Part shown: one piece after another, positions 10,137 through 19,921 of the stretch | Position numbering within the stretch: the first letter of the stretch is position 1 | How the letters are laid out: each line of letters starts with the position of its first letter | From: Nitrospinaceae bacterium | GTDB lineage: Bacteria > Nitrospinota > Nitrospinia > Nitrospinales > Nitrospinaceae | DNA length: 64,000 nt | Assembly: GCA_965223665.1 (NCBI GenBank) | Contig: OZ245011.1 | Coordinates: 1,824,001 to 1,888,000, forward strand | Reading direction: 5' to 3' | The notes under the pieces: generated by a model | The model's database searches: none | Seen by the model: only the letters and a program-made list of their open reading frames with translations | What the model was told of the DNA's origin: nothing | Translations under genes and position numbers: made by a program

Positions 10137-11441
10137 TCAACTAATTGGCAAGGTCACCAGTATTTCAGTTCCCTTTTCCGGCTGGCTTTTTATTTCTAAC
10201 GTTCCCTGGTGGGCTTCGGCGATGATACGGCACAGATACAACCCTAAACCGTATCCTCCCGTTTGTCGCTGGCGAGCCGGGTCGACTCGGTAAAACGGTT
10301 CCGTTAAAAAGGGAATGTTTTTTTCATCAATTCCCTTTCCATAATCCTGAACGGTCAACGTTATTTCATTTTCAGATTGTTTTAACGATAGCTTCGGAGG
10401 GTTGGCACCTTTTGGAGTGTAACGCAGGGCATTATCCAAAAGGTTTTTCAGTAGCAACTTAATGCGCACCGGATCGACATTGGCTTTAATGTCGGACTTC
10501 GGCAAATGGAGTTCCGGCGGTCGGTCTTTAAAATATTCGTTCACCAATTCGGTGATCAAATCGTTTAGTGAAACATGGGTAAGATTTAAAACGCGATGTC
10601 GTGTGTTCAACCGTTCCGTTTCCAGCAACTCGGCGATCAGGTTATCCATTTCCGACAATTCCCGGTTGATATCCTCACGCGCTTTTTCATCCTGCAACAT
10701 CTCCGTGGAAACCTTCACCCGCGTCATCGGCGAGCGCAGTTCGTGGCTGATGGCCAGCAGCAACTGTCGCTTGGCTTCCAGCATTTGACGAATATCCCCC
10801 GCCATGAGGTTGATGCTGTTGGACAAATCTCCAAACTCGTTACACTGATTTAACTCAATCTTGTGTTCGAGGTCCCCTTCCCCAATCTTTTTAACACCGT
10901 CCTTAATCACCTGTATCGGAGAAAAAATGCGACGCGTCCGGTGATAAAGGATCATCAATAAGACGAGCGCAATTAACAGTGGCACTGCAATGCGCCAACC
11001 CCAAAAGTGCCGGGGATGCGGAACCGAAAACGCGATTGTGTAATCCTGATGTTTTCTTACCAGAAAATCCTGCCCTTCCAGTTCTCCCAGCGCATAATCG
11101 ACACCACCCTCAGAAAATTGTTTGTAGTAGTCCATGTTCTTAAAGTCCAGCAAAGTGTCCGTGGACGACCATTGCTTTTGATCGAACATAAGGTGAACGT
11201 CCACGGGAAGTCGTTCGACAAGTTCTTTGGCTCTATTAAAATCCGGAGGGGTTCCAATATCTTTCTGAATGTATTCCATATAAAGGAACAAGTGCGGCAG
11301 AATGTTTTCCTTAAAGTTGGAACGGAAAGCAAACCGCATGGAGGCCCCCACAAACACCATTAACAAAATTGCAATCACGATAAACAAAAAAACGAGTCGT
11401 GCCGTAAGCGAATGATTTTTTCTTTTGAACAATGATTTCAC
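10137..11441 (-). CDS. HAMP-domain sensor histidine kinase (CpxA-like)
   Basis: Two TM segments, HAMP, SHELRSP H-box, NLLDNA, DYGKG and GYGLGL boxes. Confidence 0.95.
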   Translation of the reverse strand: MKSLFKRKNHSLTARLVFLFIVIAILLMVFVGASMRFAFRSNFKENILPHLFLYMEYIQKDIGTPPDFNRAKELVERLPVDVHLMFDQKQWSSTDTLLDFKNMDYYKQFSEGGVDYALGELEGQDFLVRKHQDYTIAFSVPHPRHFWGWRIAVPLLIALVLLMILYHRTRRIFSPIQVIKDGVKKIGEGDLEHKIELNQCNEFGDLSNSINLMAGDIRQMLEAKRQLLLAISHELRSPMTRVKVSTEMLQDEKAREDINRELSEMDNLIAELLETERLNTRHRVLNLTHVSLNDLITELVNEYFKDRPPELHLPKSDIKANVDPVRIKLLLKNLLDNALRYTPKGANPPKLSLKQSENEITLTVQDYGKGIDEKNIPFLTEPFYRVDPARQRQTGGYGLGLYLCRIIAEAHQGTLEIKSQPEKGTEILVTLPIS

Positions 11442-12115
11442 CGGGCTTTTCCTATAAAGCAGTATCCTGTCCCGCGGATGGTTTTAATAAGATCTTTCGG
11501 TTTCAACTTTTGCCGCAGGCGGCTGACCAGAATATCCACCGAACGGGAATACACTTCCGTTTCGATTCCCTGAAGATGATTGAGGATCTCATCGCGCGTG
11601 AACGTTTTACCCGAGTGAGACGCGAACAACTCCAGCAACTGATACTCCATGGAAGTCAGGGTCAGTTCCTTATCATTCAAAGTGGCCTGTTTCAAATCCC
11701 GGTCCACCACTAATCCATCAAAACGCAGGACCTGACTGTCCTGCGCCTGCCGGGTGGACCGTTTCAAGATATTCTGAATACGCGCTAACAGTTCACGCGG
11801 CTCAAATGGTTTCGGTAAATAATCATCGGCACCCAATTCAATACCAACAATGCGGTCCATCACCTCGCCACGCGCCGTCAACATGAGTATCGGAATGTCG
11901 CTTTCCTTGCGAATGGTTTTACACACTTCAAATCCATCCATCTCCGGAAGCATGACATCCAGAATCACCAGATCAAACCCACCCTGCTTTAACTGGGCGA
12001 ACCCTTCGCTGGGACTGAAGGCACATTCCAGTTCAAAAGAAAACTTTTGGAAATACTTTGTCAGTAATTCCGCCAGTCGTTCGTCGTCGTCAATGAGTAA
12101 TATGCGTGACATCAA
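11438..12115 (-). CDS. OmpR-family response regulator (CpxR-like)
   Basis: LIDDD, LDVMLP and KPF receiver motifs; winged-helix RSVD...SRLRQKL; overlaps the kinase. Confidence 0.95.
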   Translation of the reverse strand: MMSRILLIDDDERLAELLTKYFQKFSFELECAFSPSEGFAQLKQGGFDLVILDVMLPEMDGFEVCKTIRKESDIPILMLTARGEVMDRIVGIELGADDYLPKPFEPRELLARIQNILKRSTRQAQDSQVLRFDGLVVDRDLKQATLNDKELTLTSMEYQLLELFASHSGKTFTRDEILNHLQGIETEVYSRSVDILVSRLRQKLKPKDLIKTIRGTGYCFIGKAR

Positions 12116-12189
12116 TTTTTAAATAAGAGTTTTTCATATGTAAGAAAATCAGATTAAAGAGTCAATTGCAAATGAGTTTGTAAAAGAAA

Positions 12190-12222
12190 AAATCCCCCCA
12201 GCCCCTTCATGAAAGGGGGAGC
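12190..12222. repeat. REP-like GC stem-loop
   Basis: AAATCCCCCC..CCCCTT-N5-AAGGGGGAG; only one copy seen in this window. Confidence 0.35.
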
Positions 12223-12505
12223 GCATCAACCCCTTTCCGCATTTTCTTCTAAAGGCAAACTCAACTTGGGAAGAGATTCTGTAGATCCGGCGCTTGCCAC
12301 CGATCATCGAAAATAATTGCTATCCCTGGCGGTTACGCCAGTCATCGCCAACCTGCGGTTGGAGGCAGCATTTCTTCTCGAAAGTTTTGCCAGAGCTCCG
12401 AGGGTTAATCAACTCTTGAACATCAATTTTGCCCCTCACGGCCAGTGAGTCCCTCCGGGCGTGGCCCGGAACGCCGGGCCCAACACACCCGGCGCATTGA
12501 TTAAA

Positions 12506-12958
12506 TTAATAACGCTTCCATGCATGCCTTCCGTGCTCCATTTTTTCCTTCACGTTTTCACGCAGGGTCTGTTGCTGTTCCGGCGACAGGCTATCATAAA
12601 AATCCGCCAGCGCTGCCACAACTTGTGGAGCCTTGTCATTCACGTTACGCGTTTTCTCTTCCACTAAGGACAACACCCGTTGCTGGTCCAACTTCGGCTG
12701 CTCCAGCATTTCCAAAACGGAAGTTTTCATGTCCTGTCGTTTAGATTTCATTTCCTGCCTTATCTTTAGAAATTCATCTTTAACCGCTTTCAGTTTTACA
12801 ACCTGTGCTTCATTCAAGCTCAACTTTTTTGTCACCTTGTCGACCATGTGGTCGGCACGCGCTTCCGGGCTCTTGTGTCGAAATCCGCAACCGGTAAAGG
12901 CACCCATTAAAACCACGGTAGTGATGAAAAGTCCCAAAACGATCATTGCAGTTTTCAT
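12506..12958 (-). CDS. Spy/CpxP-family periplasmic chaperone (probable lipoprotein)
   Basis: LNEAQ and LSPEQ (LTxxQ-type) motifs; FTGC lipobox; AAGGAG RBS; next to a CpxRA-like pair. Confidence 0.85.
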   Translation of the reverse strand: MKTAMIVLGLFITTVVLMGAFTGCGFRHKSPEARADHMVDKVTKKLSLNEAQVVKLKAVKDEFLKIRQEMKSKRQDMKTSVLEMLEQPKLDQQRVLSLVEEKTRNVNDKAPQVVAALADFYDSLSPEQQQTLRENVKEKMEHGRHAWKRY

Positions 12959-13031
12959 GATTGTACTCCTTTATGTTCATGGTTTAAATGAAAACAGCAT
13001 ACGCCGAACTCACAGGGGAATCCTTTCTCTC

Positions 13032-13059
13032 AAGTAACGAATTGTTTCAGTTTGTAACA
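13032..13059 (-). promoter_or_regulatory. OmpR/CpxR-type direct-repeat operator of the cpxP-like gene
   Basis: GTAAC-N5-GTTTC-N5-GTAAC with 10-bp period, resembling the CpxR box GTAAA-N5-GTAAA. Confidence 0.7.
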
Positions 13060-13196
13060 GGGGATGGAAACTAACCAGGATGCAGCCGGTGGGGCGATTG
13101 GAAAGGGTTTAAAGAATCCAAGCCCATGGCCCCAATCCTTGGTTCCATGGGCAGATTCCATTTCAGGACTATTTCAAATCACTGACTCATTCCCTG

Positions 13197-15017
13197 TCAG
13201 TGCTTGGAATAGTATTGCTTCAATCCCTGCTTCTCAATGGTTTCATTTTCGCGCACCGCTTCATCAATCAAATCACTATGCAGTGCTTGAAATTCACGTG
13301 TGCTCTGACTACCACTGACTTTCATGTTTTGCAGGGTTTCACGCGCTTTTGAGTTTCCGGTCAACGCCAACCCTAAAGTCACCTTCGTGGTCAGGTCGTC
13401 ATTGCGTTGAGCCATACTGGCTTGAAACTCGGAACGGCCGACCTTTTTACTGCTCCAGAACTGAGGATCGGTAGCAGCAATCAAATAATCGAGCGCTTTA
13501 GAACTGCCGGACCGGTTCACCGCATAGCCCAGCGCCAATGGAACAACGGACTTCGCTGAGTAATGGGACCTCTCAAGCGGACCATTGCCATTGTTTTCGA
13601 GAAACTCAATAAGTGGATCTACCACACTCTCATCACCAATCATCCCTAAGGTAGCGACAATGTTCGGCCACCATTCCATTTCCTTTGGATCTTTCAGCAT
13701 CTCCAGCAGAACGGGAATCGCCTCGGTGCCATAAGTGGTCGCCTGTTCGTAAGGTGTTCCGTGAAAAAAGTGTTGGCGTACAAAGTCTCGAACATCCTCC
13801 GGTGCTTCCGCAGCGGAAGTGTCAAACTGAAGCGAAGTGTCAGCTGCAAGCACTGACGGATCACCTGCCAACGCCACTAAAGGAGAAGTCCTGAAGGCGT
13901 TACACTCGTCAGTGTTGACACCCAGTCGATCTGCACCAATAGATGGATGCATAACGTTGCTGGTACCGTTTCTGTGGCTACGACCTTTGTTGTGGCCAAA
14001 TTCGTGTAACCATAGAATCCCTTCCAGGTTGGTCGTAAATCTCACCACTACGAGAGAGTTCCCGGGTACTGGAGCACAACCAATAATATTGGCTCCAATC
14101 GTACTGCACCAGTTAATCTGGTTCACGACTTTGATATTTCCGGGAAGTCCATTCACCGCAGAGAACTCAGCCCCACTGTCAATGGATCCATCACCGGTCG
14201 TAAATGCCGTCACCGTACCATCCCGAAGCATTCTGACATTACAAGCGATATCGTTCGGACCATCGTCCGTCTGAATCACTCTTGAAGCATCTCCAAAAAT
14301 TCGATCCGCATCTGCATTCGTCAGACCGGTATTTTGGAACCGTCGCACCTGTAACCTGTAGGTCACTTGTGGTTGGCCGGGTGGTGTACCTGTAGAACTT
14401 GCAAGATCATGGGCACACCAATACCCTCGAACATTATTTTTATTACAGGTACCCTCGAAGTTATCCCGGTCCGGATCTCCGTTGAAAGTGATCGAGCGAT
14501 TGCCGCACAAGGCATTATCGTCTGCGACCATATTTCCAATCCAACGACCATTCGGATTGTAAGACGCATCGAGATTGGAGTGTATGTAGAGATAATACAA
14601 ATCTTCGTAACTCGCCATACGACCTCGCTGCACACGGCAGCGCCGTTGCGCCCAGGGATAACGGGTGGCATTCTGAACATTGGTAGAAATACAGAGTCGT
14701 GATCCTACCTGGCGATAACCCGGACGACACGCTGTGGTCGGAAAACCCACGGCTTCCACATTAGTGGAATTAGCCGCTTCGAGTTCGCCATGGACGCCCT
14801 GAAAGTCACTCTTGTCGTTTGGATTAGTGCCTTCAAGGGTTTCCGTTAAATCCGGAATTCCATCTCCATCGCTGTCTTTCAGAATCATGTTGCGATCGGT
14901 ATCGAACATGGCATCTGACATCGGCGAATTAGATGCAAACTGTGTTGCGTAAGCATTTTGTGTCGTCATGACCACAAAAAGAAACATATAAAATAAACAA
15001 AAGTTTTTCGTTTTCAT
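13197..15017 (-). CDS. Secreted multidomain metzincin metalloprotease: TSP3-like Ca-binding motif + Cys-rich C-type-lectin-like domain + protease + HEAT repeats
   Basis: Start MKTKNF after GGGAG; DSDGDGIPD..E..GTNPND; HEFGHNKGRSH with Met-turn NVMHP; LGMIGDESVVDPL HEAT-like repeats. Confidence 0.85.
   Translation of the reverse strand: MKTKNFCLFYMFLFVVMTTQNAYATQFASNSPMSDAMFDTDRNMILKDSDGDGIPDLTETLEGTNPNDKSDFQGVHGELEAANSTNVEAVGFPTTACRPGYRQVGSRLCISTNVQNATRYPWAQRRCRVQRGRMASYEDLYYLYIHSNLDASYNPNGRWIGNMVADDNALCGNRSITFNGDPDRDNFEGTCNKNNVRGYWCAHDLASSTGTPPGQPQVTYRLQVRRFQNTGLTNADADRIFGDASRVIQTDDGPNDIACNVRMLRDGTVTAFTTGDGSIDSGAEFSAVNGLPGNIKVVNQINWCSTIGANIIGCAPVPGNSLVVVRFTTNLEGILWLHEFGHNKGRSHRNGTSNVMHPSIGADRLGVNTDECNAFRTSPLVALAGDPSVLAADTSLQFDTSAAEAPEDVRDFVRQHFFHGTPYEQATTYGTEAIPVLLEMLKDPKEMEWWPNIVATLGMIGDESVVDPLIEFLENNGNGPLERSHYSAKSVVPLALGYAVNRSGSSKALDYLIAATDPQFWSSKKVGRSEFQASMAQRNDDLTTKVTLGLALTGNSKARETLQNMKVSGSQSTREFQALHSDLIDEAVRENETIEKQGLKQYYSKH
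14406..14756. repeat. Direct repeat copy 1 of a Cys-rich domain coding sequence (copy 2 at about 15074..15424)
   Basis: Colinear, near-identical DNA; differences mostly synonymous. Confidence 0.9.
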
Positions 15018-15064
15018 AATATTCTCCCGGTTTTTGGTATTTAGTAATGACTGAGTTGGATGAC

Positions 15065-15667
15065 TCAGAAACGATCGTGAGCACACCAATAACCGCGATT
15101 ATTATTTTTGTTACAAGTGCCCTCGAAGTTATCACGGTCCGGATCTCCATCGAAAGTGATCGAGCGATTGCCGCACAAGGCATTATCATCTGCAACCATA
15201 TTTCCGATCCAACGACCATTCGGGTTGTAGGACGCATCGAGATTGGAGTGTATGTAGAGATAATACAAATCTTCATAACTCGCTACACGGCCCTGCTGTA
15301 CCCGGCACCGTCGTTGCGCCCAGGCATAACGGGTGGCATTCTGAACATTGGTAGAAATACAAAGTCGTGGTCCCGCTTGACGATAGCCAGGGCGACACGC
15401 TGTGGTCGGGAAACCCACCGCTTCTAAATCATCGGAATTTTGAGCTCCCTGAAAATCCACAGGGTCATTGGGGTTGGTGCCTTCAAGACTTTCGGTTAGA
15501 TCCGGAACTCCATCCTTATCACTGTCTTGAAGCACCATGTTGCGATCAGTGTCAAACATGGCATCCGTCGTCGGCGGATCAGAAGGAGAATGCGCATTAG
15601 CAAAGTTTTGCGACGTTAAAACCACCAAAAGAGATAAACAACAGATTAATAATGATTTCGTTTTCAT
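15065..15667 (-). CDS. Secreted protein consisting only of the TSP3-like + Cys-rich lectin-like module
   Basis: GAGGAGG RBS; signal peptide; near-identical to the N-terminal part of the downstream protease. Confidence 0.85.
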   Translation of the reverse strand: MKTKSLLICCLSLLVVLTSQNFANAHSPSDPPTTDAMFDTDRNMVLQDSDKDGVPDLTESLEGTNPNDPVDFQGAQNSDDLEAVGFPTTACRPGYRQAGPRLCISTNVQNATRYAWAQRRCRVQQGRVASYEDLYYLYIHSNLDASYNPNGRWIGNMVADDNALCGNRSITFDGDPDRDNFEGTCNKNNNRGYWCAHDRF

Positions 15668-15984
15668 AAACCCTCCTCAAGTTAAATTAAAATTAAGAGC
15701 TTTAGTCATTCCTCCTCCAAAGGAATCTAAAAGACTAAAACTCAACTTTGACTAATTTAGGGTTTTATTCGAAATTCGGATATCGTTTAAACCATGGTTT
15801 TCTTGTGGTAGCTTGTATTACAAACTTCATGAGTTGAACAAACCGGTTTTAAATAAAATCTTTTAATGAAGTTTAGCTGCTTAAAATACAATCCTTTACT
15901 CTTCTCCAAAAAAATACCTCCCCACCATCCCAAGAGGACGATGAGGAGGCAAAACATAAGATGCTTTTTATTACAACCGATTGG

Positions 15985-17751
15985 CTAAAAAACCGGTAAT
16001 CGCAAACTACTGAGGAAGGTGATGACTTTGGTTTGATCCGCTTTCGACAGATTTTTAAAGTTCTTCGCCGAATCGGAACCTTCGCTGTTTTCACTGTCAT
16101 GCATTTCAATGGCTTCCGTCAAAGTAAGCGCCCGGCCATCGTGCATCCAGGGAGCCGTATCCGCAACCCCCCAGAGAGGCCGCGTCAAAAACTCTTCTTC
16201 AGGAATTTCCTGGCCGCCATCGGTGGTTTGAGTCACTCCCTTACCGCTACTTAAGCCGACACCCATGTTGTGCCGTTTCAAATCACTATACAAAGGCACT
16301 TTCACTTTGCCATGATGATGAGGCAATCGCGGTAAAGTTTCAGGTGGCCCGTCTTGTCTATTCAGATTACGCACAAACCCTTTCAACTTTTTCGACAATT
16401 CCAAAGCAATCGTTTCGTTTGTCAGTTTTTCTTTTCGATCCTTTTTAAGAATAGATTTTTTGAACAGATACTTTTCAAGCGAAGGGGTTACTTTATGCCT
16501 GCGAGTCAGCGCAAACGATCTCTTTTTTGATTGAGAAGACAAGAGTTTTGAAACCTTAGAGGAGGGTTTGTAAAATTGTTCCACCTTTTGGGCCAGCCCT
16601 TCATCAATTCGCGGATCCCTTACTGTCACGTACGGCAGGTCAATTGGCAACTTAGGAATGTGGCATTCCGCACAACCTATTTTTTTAAACAACCTCTTTC
16701 CCTTTTTCACGTGTCTTTCGTTCAGTCCTTTGGAAGATTCTACCGGAGGTCTTAATAAAGCGAGAAAGCCGGCCACGGCACTGATCTGCCCTTCACTGAT
16801 TTCATTTTTCAGATCATCCATATCGTCCTCGCCCGGTTTTTCAGCAAGAAACTCCGTCGGCTGAATACTGAAATGAAAATTCATCGCATCGCGAATAAAG
16901 TTTCTTAAATTGCTGGCAATGCCTTTCCATTGAAATGGCCGCACCACCAGGTCTTCGCTCACACCTACAATATTGGTTTTGTCTTCGATAATTTGATTGT
17001 TGGCATCGACGGCAATTTCTCCAAAAGAAACTCCCTTTGCCACCAGTTTCATGACCACTCCAGGATTAGCGTGCGCTTTCTCCCGAATTTTGGCCAAATC
17101 CCATGTCATTTCCTCGGCAAGAGTTTGAGTGTAACCTGCACCAAAGGCATGCGGCGGGTTGCGAATGACGCCTTTGGTCGTTTCACATTCATTATTCTCA
17201 TCTTTATCCTTACAATTAAAATTTTCCAATCCAAACGCATTCGATGCAAAACCAGCTCCACCGCCGGTGATTCCCGGTTGCTTAATGAAACGGACCTGAT
17301 TGGGGCCGGTCGATTTATGTTGTGAAGAAAACCCGATCGCCAGATGACACTCCAGGCAGGATTGGGAATCCAGACCATTGAAGCGAAGAAAAGGATAGTT
17401 TTCCCGATCGGCCATCTTATAAACACTGCGACGAGGGCCGGTGGGGCCTTCTCCAAAGTGATCCTCCGAAGTGAACCGATTCGAAAAAATATGCTTGCCG
17501 GCGTAGAACAGTTTTTCAAACGCAATATCTCCTTCATTAATTTTGTCCTGATCAATCTCGACCGCGGGTATCAAATTTCTCTGATCTGCCAGAGGCTGAT
17601 AAGAATGCGGCGTGAACGGCTGAGGAGTATAAAGATGCTGATGCTTGGAATCTGGAAGCTTGGCATGATGGTTATGATTCTTGTAGCAACCTGCAATTAA
17701 AACGGGTGCAAAACAAAATAACAACAAACATAACCTTTGGACTTGTCTCAT
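15985..17751 (-). CDS. Di-heme oxidoreductase family (DHOR/DUF1111-like) lipoprotein
   Basis: Two CxxCH (CLECH, CAECH); LYSDLKRHNMG, TRPLWG and MHDGRA motifs; IAGC lipobox. Confidence 0.85.
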   Translation of the reverse strand: MRQVQRLCLLLFCFAPVLIAGCYKNHNHHAKLPDSKHQHLYTPQPFTPHSYQPLADQRNLIPAVEIDQDKINEGDIAFEKLFYAGKHIFSNRFTSEDHFGEGPTGPRRSVYKMADRENYPFLRFNGLDSQSCLECHLAIGFSSQHKSTGPNQVRFIKQPGITGGGAGFASNAFGLENFNCKDKDENNECETTKGVIRNPPHAFGAGYTQTLAEEMTWDLAKIREKAHANPGVVMKLVAKGVSFGEIAVDANNQIIEDKTNIVGVSEDLVVRPFQWKGIASNLRNFIRDAMNFHFSIQPTEFLAEKPGEDDMDDLKNEISEGQISAVAGFLALLRPPVESSKGLNERHVKKGKRLFKKIGCAECHIPKLPIDLPYVTVRDPRIDEGLAQKVEQFYKPSSKVSKLLSSQSKKRSFALTRRHKVTPSLEKYLFKKSILKKDRKEKLTNETIALELSKKLKGFVRNLNRQDGPPETLPRLPHHHGKVKVPLYSDLKRHNMGVGLSSGKGVTQTTDGGQEIPEEEFLTRPLWGVADTAPWMHDGRALTLTEAIEMHDSENSEGSDSAKNFKNLSKADQTKVITFLSSLRLPVF

Positions 17752-18268
17752 TTTCGTTTCTCCTTTTTGAAGTTATGTCTTAAAAAAGCATTTACCCTTT
17801 TGCTGTTAACAGACATACGGCCTGATGTTTTCTTCCTTTAGTCCACTCCACTGAATTTTGGCAATGTGAAAATATTCAGACTAAAGTTTTCCCCTAAAAA
17901 CAAAGAGCAAACTTATTGAGATTCAACTTTAGAGAAATTTTCGGGATAAGGATATCATTAAAACTGTGCTTTTTCTGTCGTATTTTGTATTACAAAATTT
18001 GGAAGTTAAATAAATCGGTTTTCATTAAAATCTTTATTAAACCAAATAAAAACATTAACTCAGGGAATTACAATAGAATTGGAGGCAAACTTAAGAAAAT
18101 CTGATATTTAAATTATTTCAAAATTGTGTGTTCAGTTCTTTGTGTAGACCCGTTTTTTAGGTATTGAATTAAAGAGCAATCGGTCTTAAAAAGAATTTTT
18201 TATCTCCAAATTCGTTTTTGTTTCCATTCAGTATTCCCCTTGCATCCGAAAACCGAAAGGGTTAAGGT

Positions 18269-19873
18269 TTGGACGCACTCTATGAACCTGGAGGTATTTG
18301 TTTCGTGATTCAATTCCCTTCTTTAAAAAAACAGCACTCTTTGAAACTACTCTCACTGTTTCTATTATTATTTGTTTGGTGGATTTCACTTGGATTGTGG
18401 TGGACTCCTTCAATTGCATTGGCAGATGGGAATTCTAATACCGGGGGCAATCAAACAGGAGATATTCGTAATAATCAGGGAAATATTCATGTTGGCAATA
18501 TTGGCATCACTTTAGCTGAACATAAAAGCGCACTAGAAAAAGAAGTCAAAAAAGTTCGCGAGCAAATAAAACGTGAGTATGAAAAAGGACAACAACGTGA
18601 CAAAGAAAAGATAGCGCTTTTAGAAAAGGTATTAGTATTTACAGAAGACCGACTCCAAAATGCTGAACAAGATTTGGAGAAAACCAAAATCCTGTTGGCC
18701 GAAGCGCAAGAAGCACTGGAACGCCAACCAACCATTCCGCAGGATCAATTGGCCCTAGCCCAGGCTAATTTAAATCAAGGCAAAACTGAACAAGCCGAAG
18801 CACTTTTTCAAAAAGCATTGGATCAAAACACTAAATCAGCAGCAGAAGCGGCTTATCAAATTGCAAGGCTAGCAGAAAACAAAATTCAATACAGCAAAGC
18901 TTTAAAATACTACGAACGTGCCTCGCAACTGGAACCTGAGAATGCGGATTATTTGACTTCGGCGGGAATTACCAATGTTATTTTAGGAAAATACGAAAAA
19001 GGGATTGAATATTATGACAAAGCATTAAAGTTACATAAACAAACTCCAGGTTCTGAACATTCAAAGGTGGCGGATGTTTACAACCACTTGGGCGTTGTTT
19101 TTGGTAAAAAAGGAAAACTCGATAAATCAATTATGTACTCTGAGAAAGCATTAAAATTACATAAACAAGCTCTTGGTTCTGAGCATTCAAAAGTGGCAAA
19201 TGATTATCGAAGCCTAGGGGTAGCTTCAACTATTAAAGGAGAGTTCGACAAGGCCATTAAGTACCATGAAAAAGCATTAAAATTACATAAGCGGACACTA
19301 GGCCCTGAGAATCCGAAGGTCGCGACCGACTATCAAAATCTGGGAATTGCCTGGGATAGCAAGGGCCAACATGACAAGTCTATTGAGTATTTTGAGAAAG
19401 CGTTAAAGCTACACCAACAATCCCTTGGCTCTGAGCATCCCAAAGTTGCGGGTGACTATAATAATTTAGGAATCGCCTGGTATGGAAAAGAACAATATGA
19501 CAAGGCCATTGAACATTTTGAAAACTCATTATTATTGCACAAGCAAACTCTAGGTTCTGAGCATCCTGAGGTGGCTAATAATTACAACAACCTTGGACTC
19601 GCTTGGCGTGGCAAAGGACAACACGACAAGGCCATTAAGTATTATGAGCAATCGATAGAGTTAAATTTAAAACTGTTGGGGGCAGAGCATCCATCCGTCG
19701 GAGATGGCTATTATAACCTGGGAAACGTCTCGACCAGTAAGGGACAGTACGATAAAGCCATTGAATATTACAAGCAGGCTTTAACAATTTTTAAAATAAA
19801 TCGACTGGAACATAGAATCCAATCTCTTGAAAATGCAATCAACAGACTTCAAAAAATGACCCAGCAATCATAA
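18269..19873 (+). CDS. Exported coiled-coil + TPR protein with 42-aa kinesin-light-chain-type repeats; start uncertain
   Basis: Repeated 'LGSEHPxVAxxYNNLGxAWxxKGQxDKAIxYYEKAL'; N-terminal hydrophobic segment. Confidence 0.9.
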   Translation: MDALYEPGGICFVIQFPSLKKQHSLKLLSLFLLLFVWWISLGLWWTPSIALADGNSNTGGNQTGDIRNNQGNIHVGNIGITLAEHKSALEKEVKKVREQIKREYEKGQQRDKEKIALLEKVLVFTEDRLQNAEQDLEKTKILLAEAQEALERQPTIPQDQLALAQANLNQGKTEQAEALFQKALDQNTKSAAEAAYQIARLAENKIQYSKALKYYERASQLEPENADYLTSAGITNVILGKYEKGIEYYDKALKLHKQTPGSEHSKVADVYNHLGVVFGKKGKLDKSIMYSEKALKLHKQALGSEHSKVANDYRSLGVASTIKGEFDKAIKYHEKALKLHKRTLGPENPKVATDYQNLGIAWDSKGQHDKSIEYFEKALKLHQQSLGSEHPKVAGDYNNLGIAWYGKEQYDKAIEHFENSLLLHKQTLGSEHPEVANNYNNLGLAWRGKGQHDKAIKYYEQSIELNLKLLGAEHPSVGDGYYNLGNVSTSKGQYDKAIEYYKQALTIFKINRLEHRIQSLENAINRLQKMTQQS

Positions 19874-19921
19874 TAACCACAACCTTTATATTTTTCCTAA
19901 TAAGATCTTTTCGAAGTGGTT

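Noticed and set aside
14406-15424. DGR template/variable repeat pair on a lectin-like domain
   Set aside because: Mismatches are mostly synonymous and not adenine-specific, both copies are coding, and there is no reverse transcriptase in the window
18930-19790. Periodic 126-bp repeats as a CRISPR or other DNA array
   Set aside because: They are degenerate in-frame TPR repeats within one CDS
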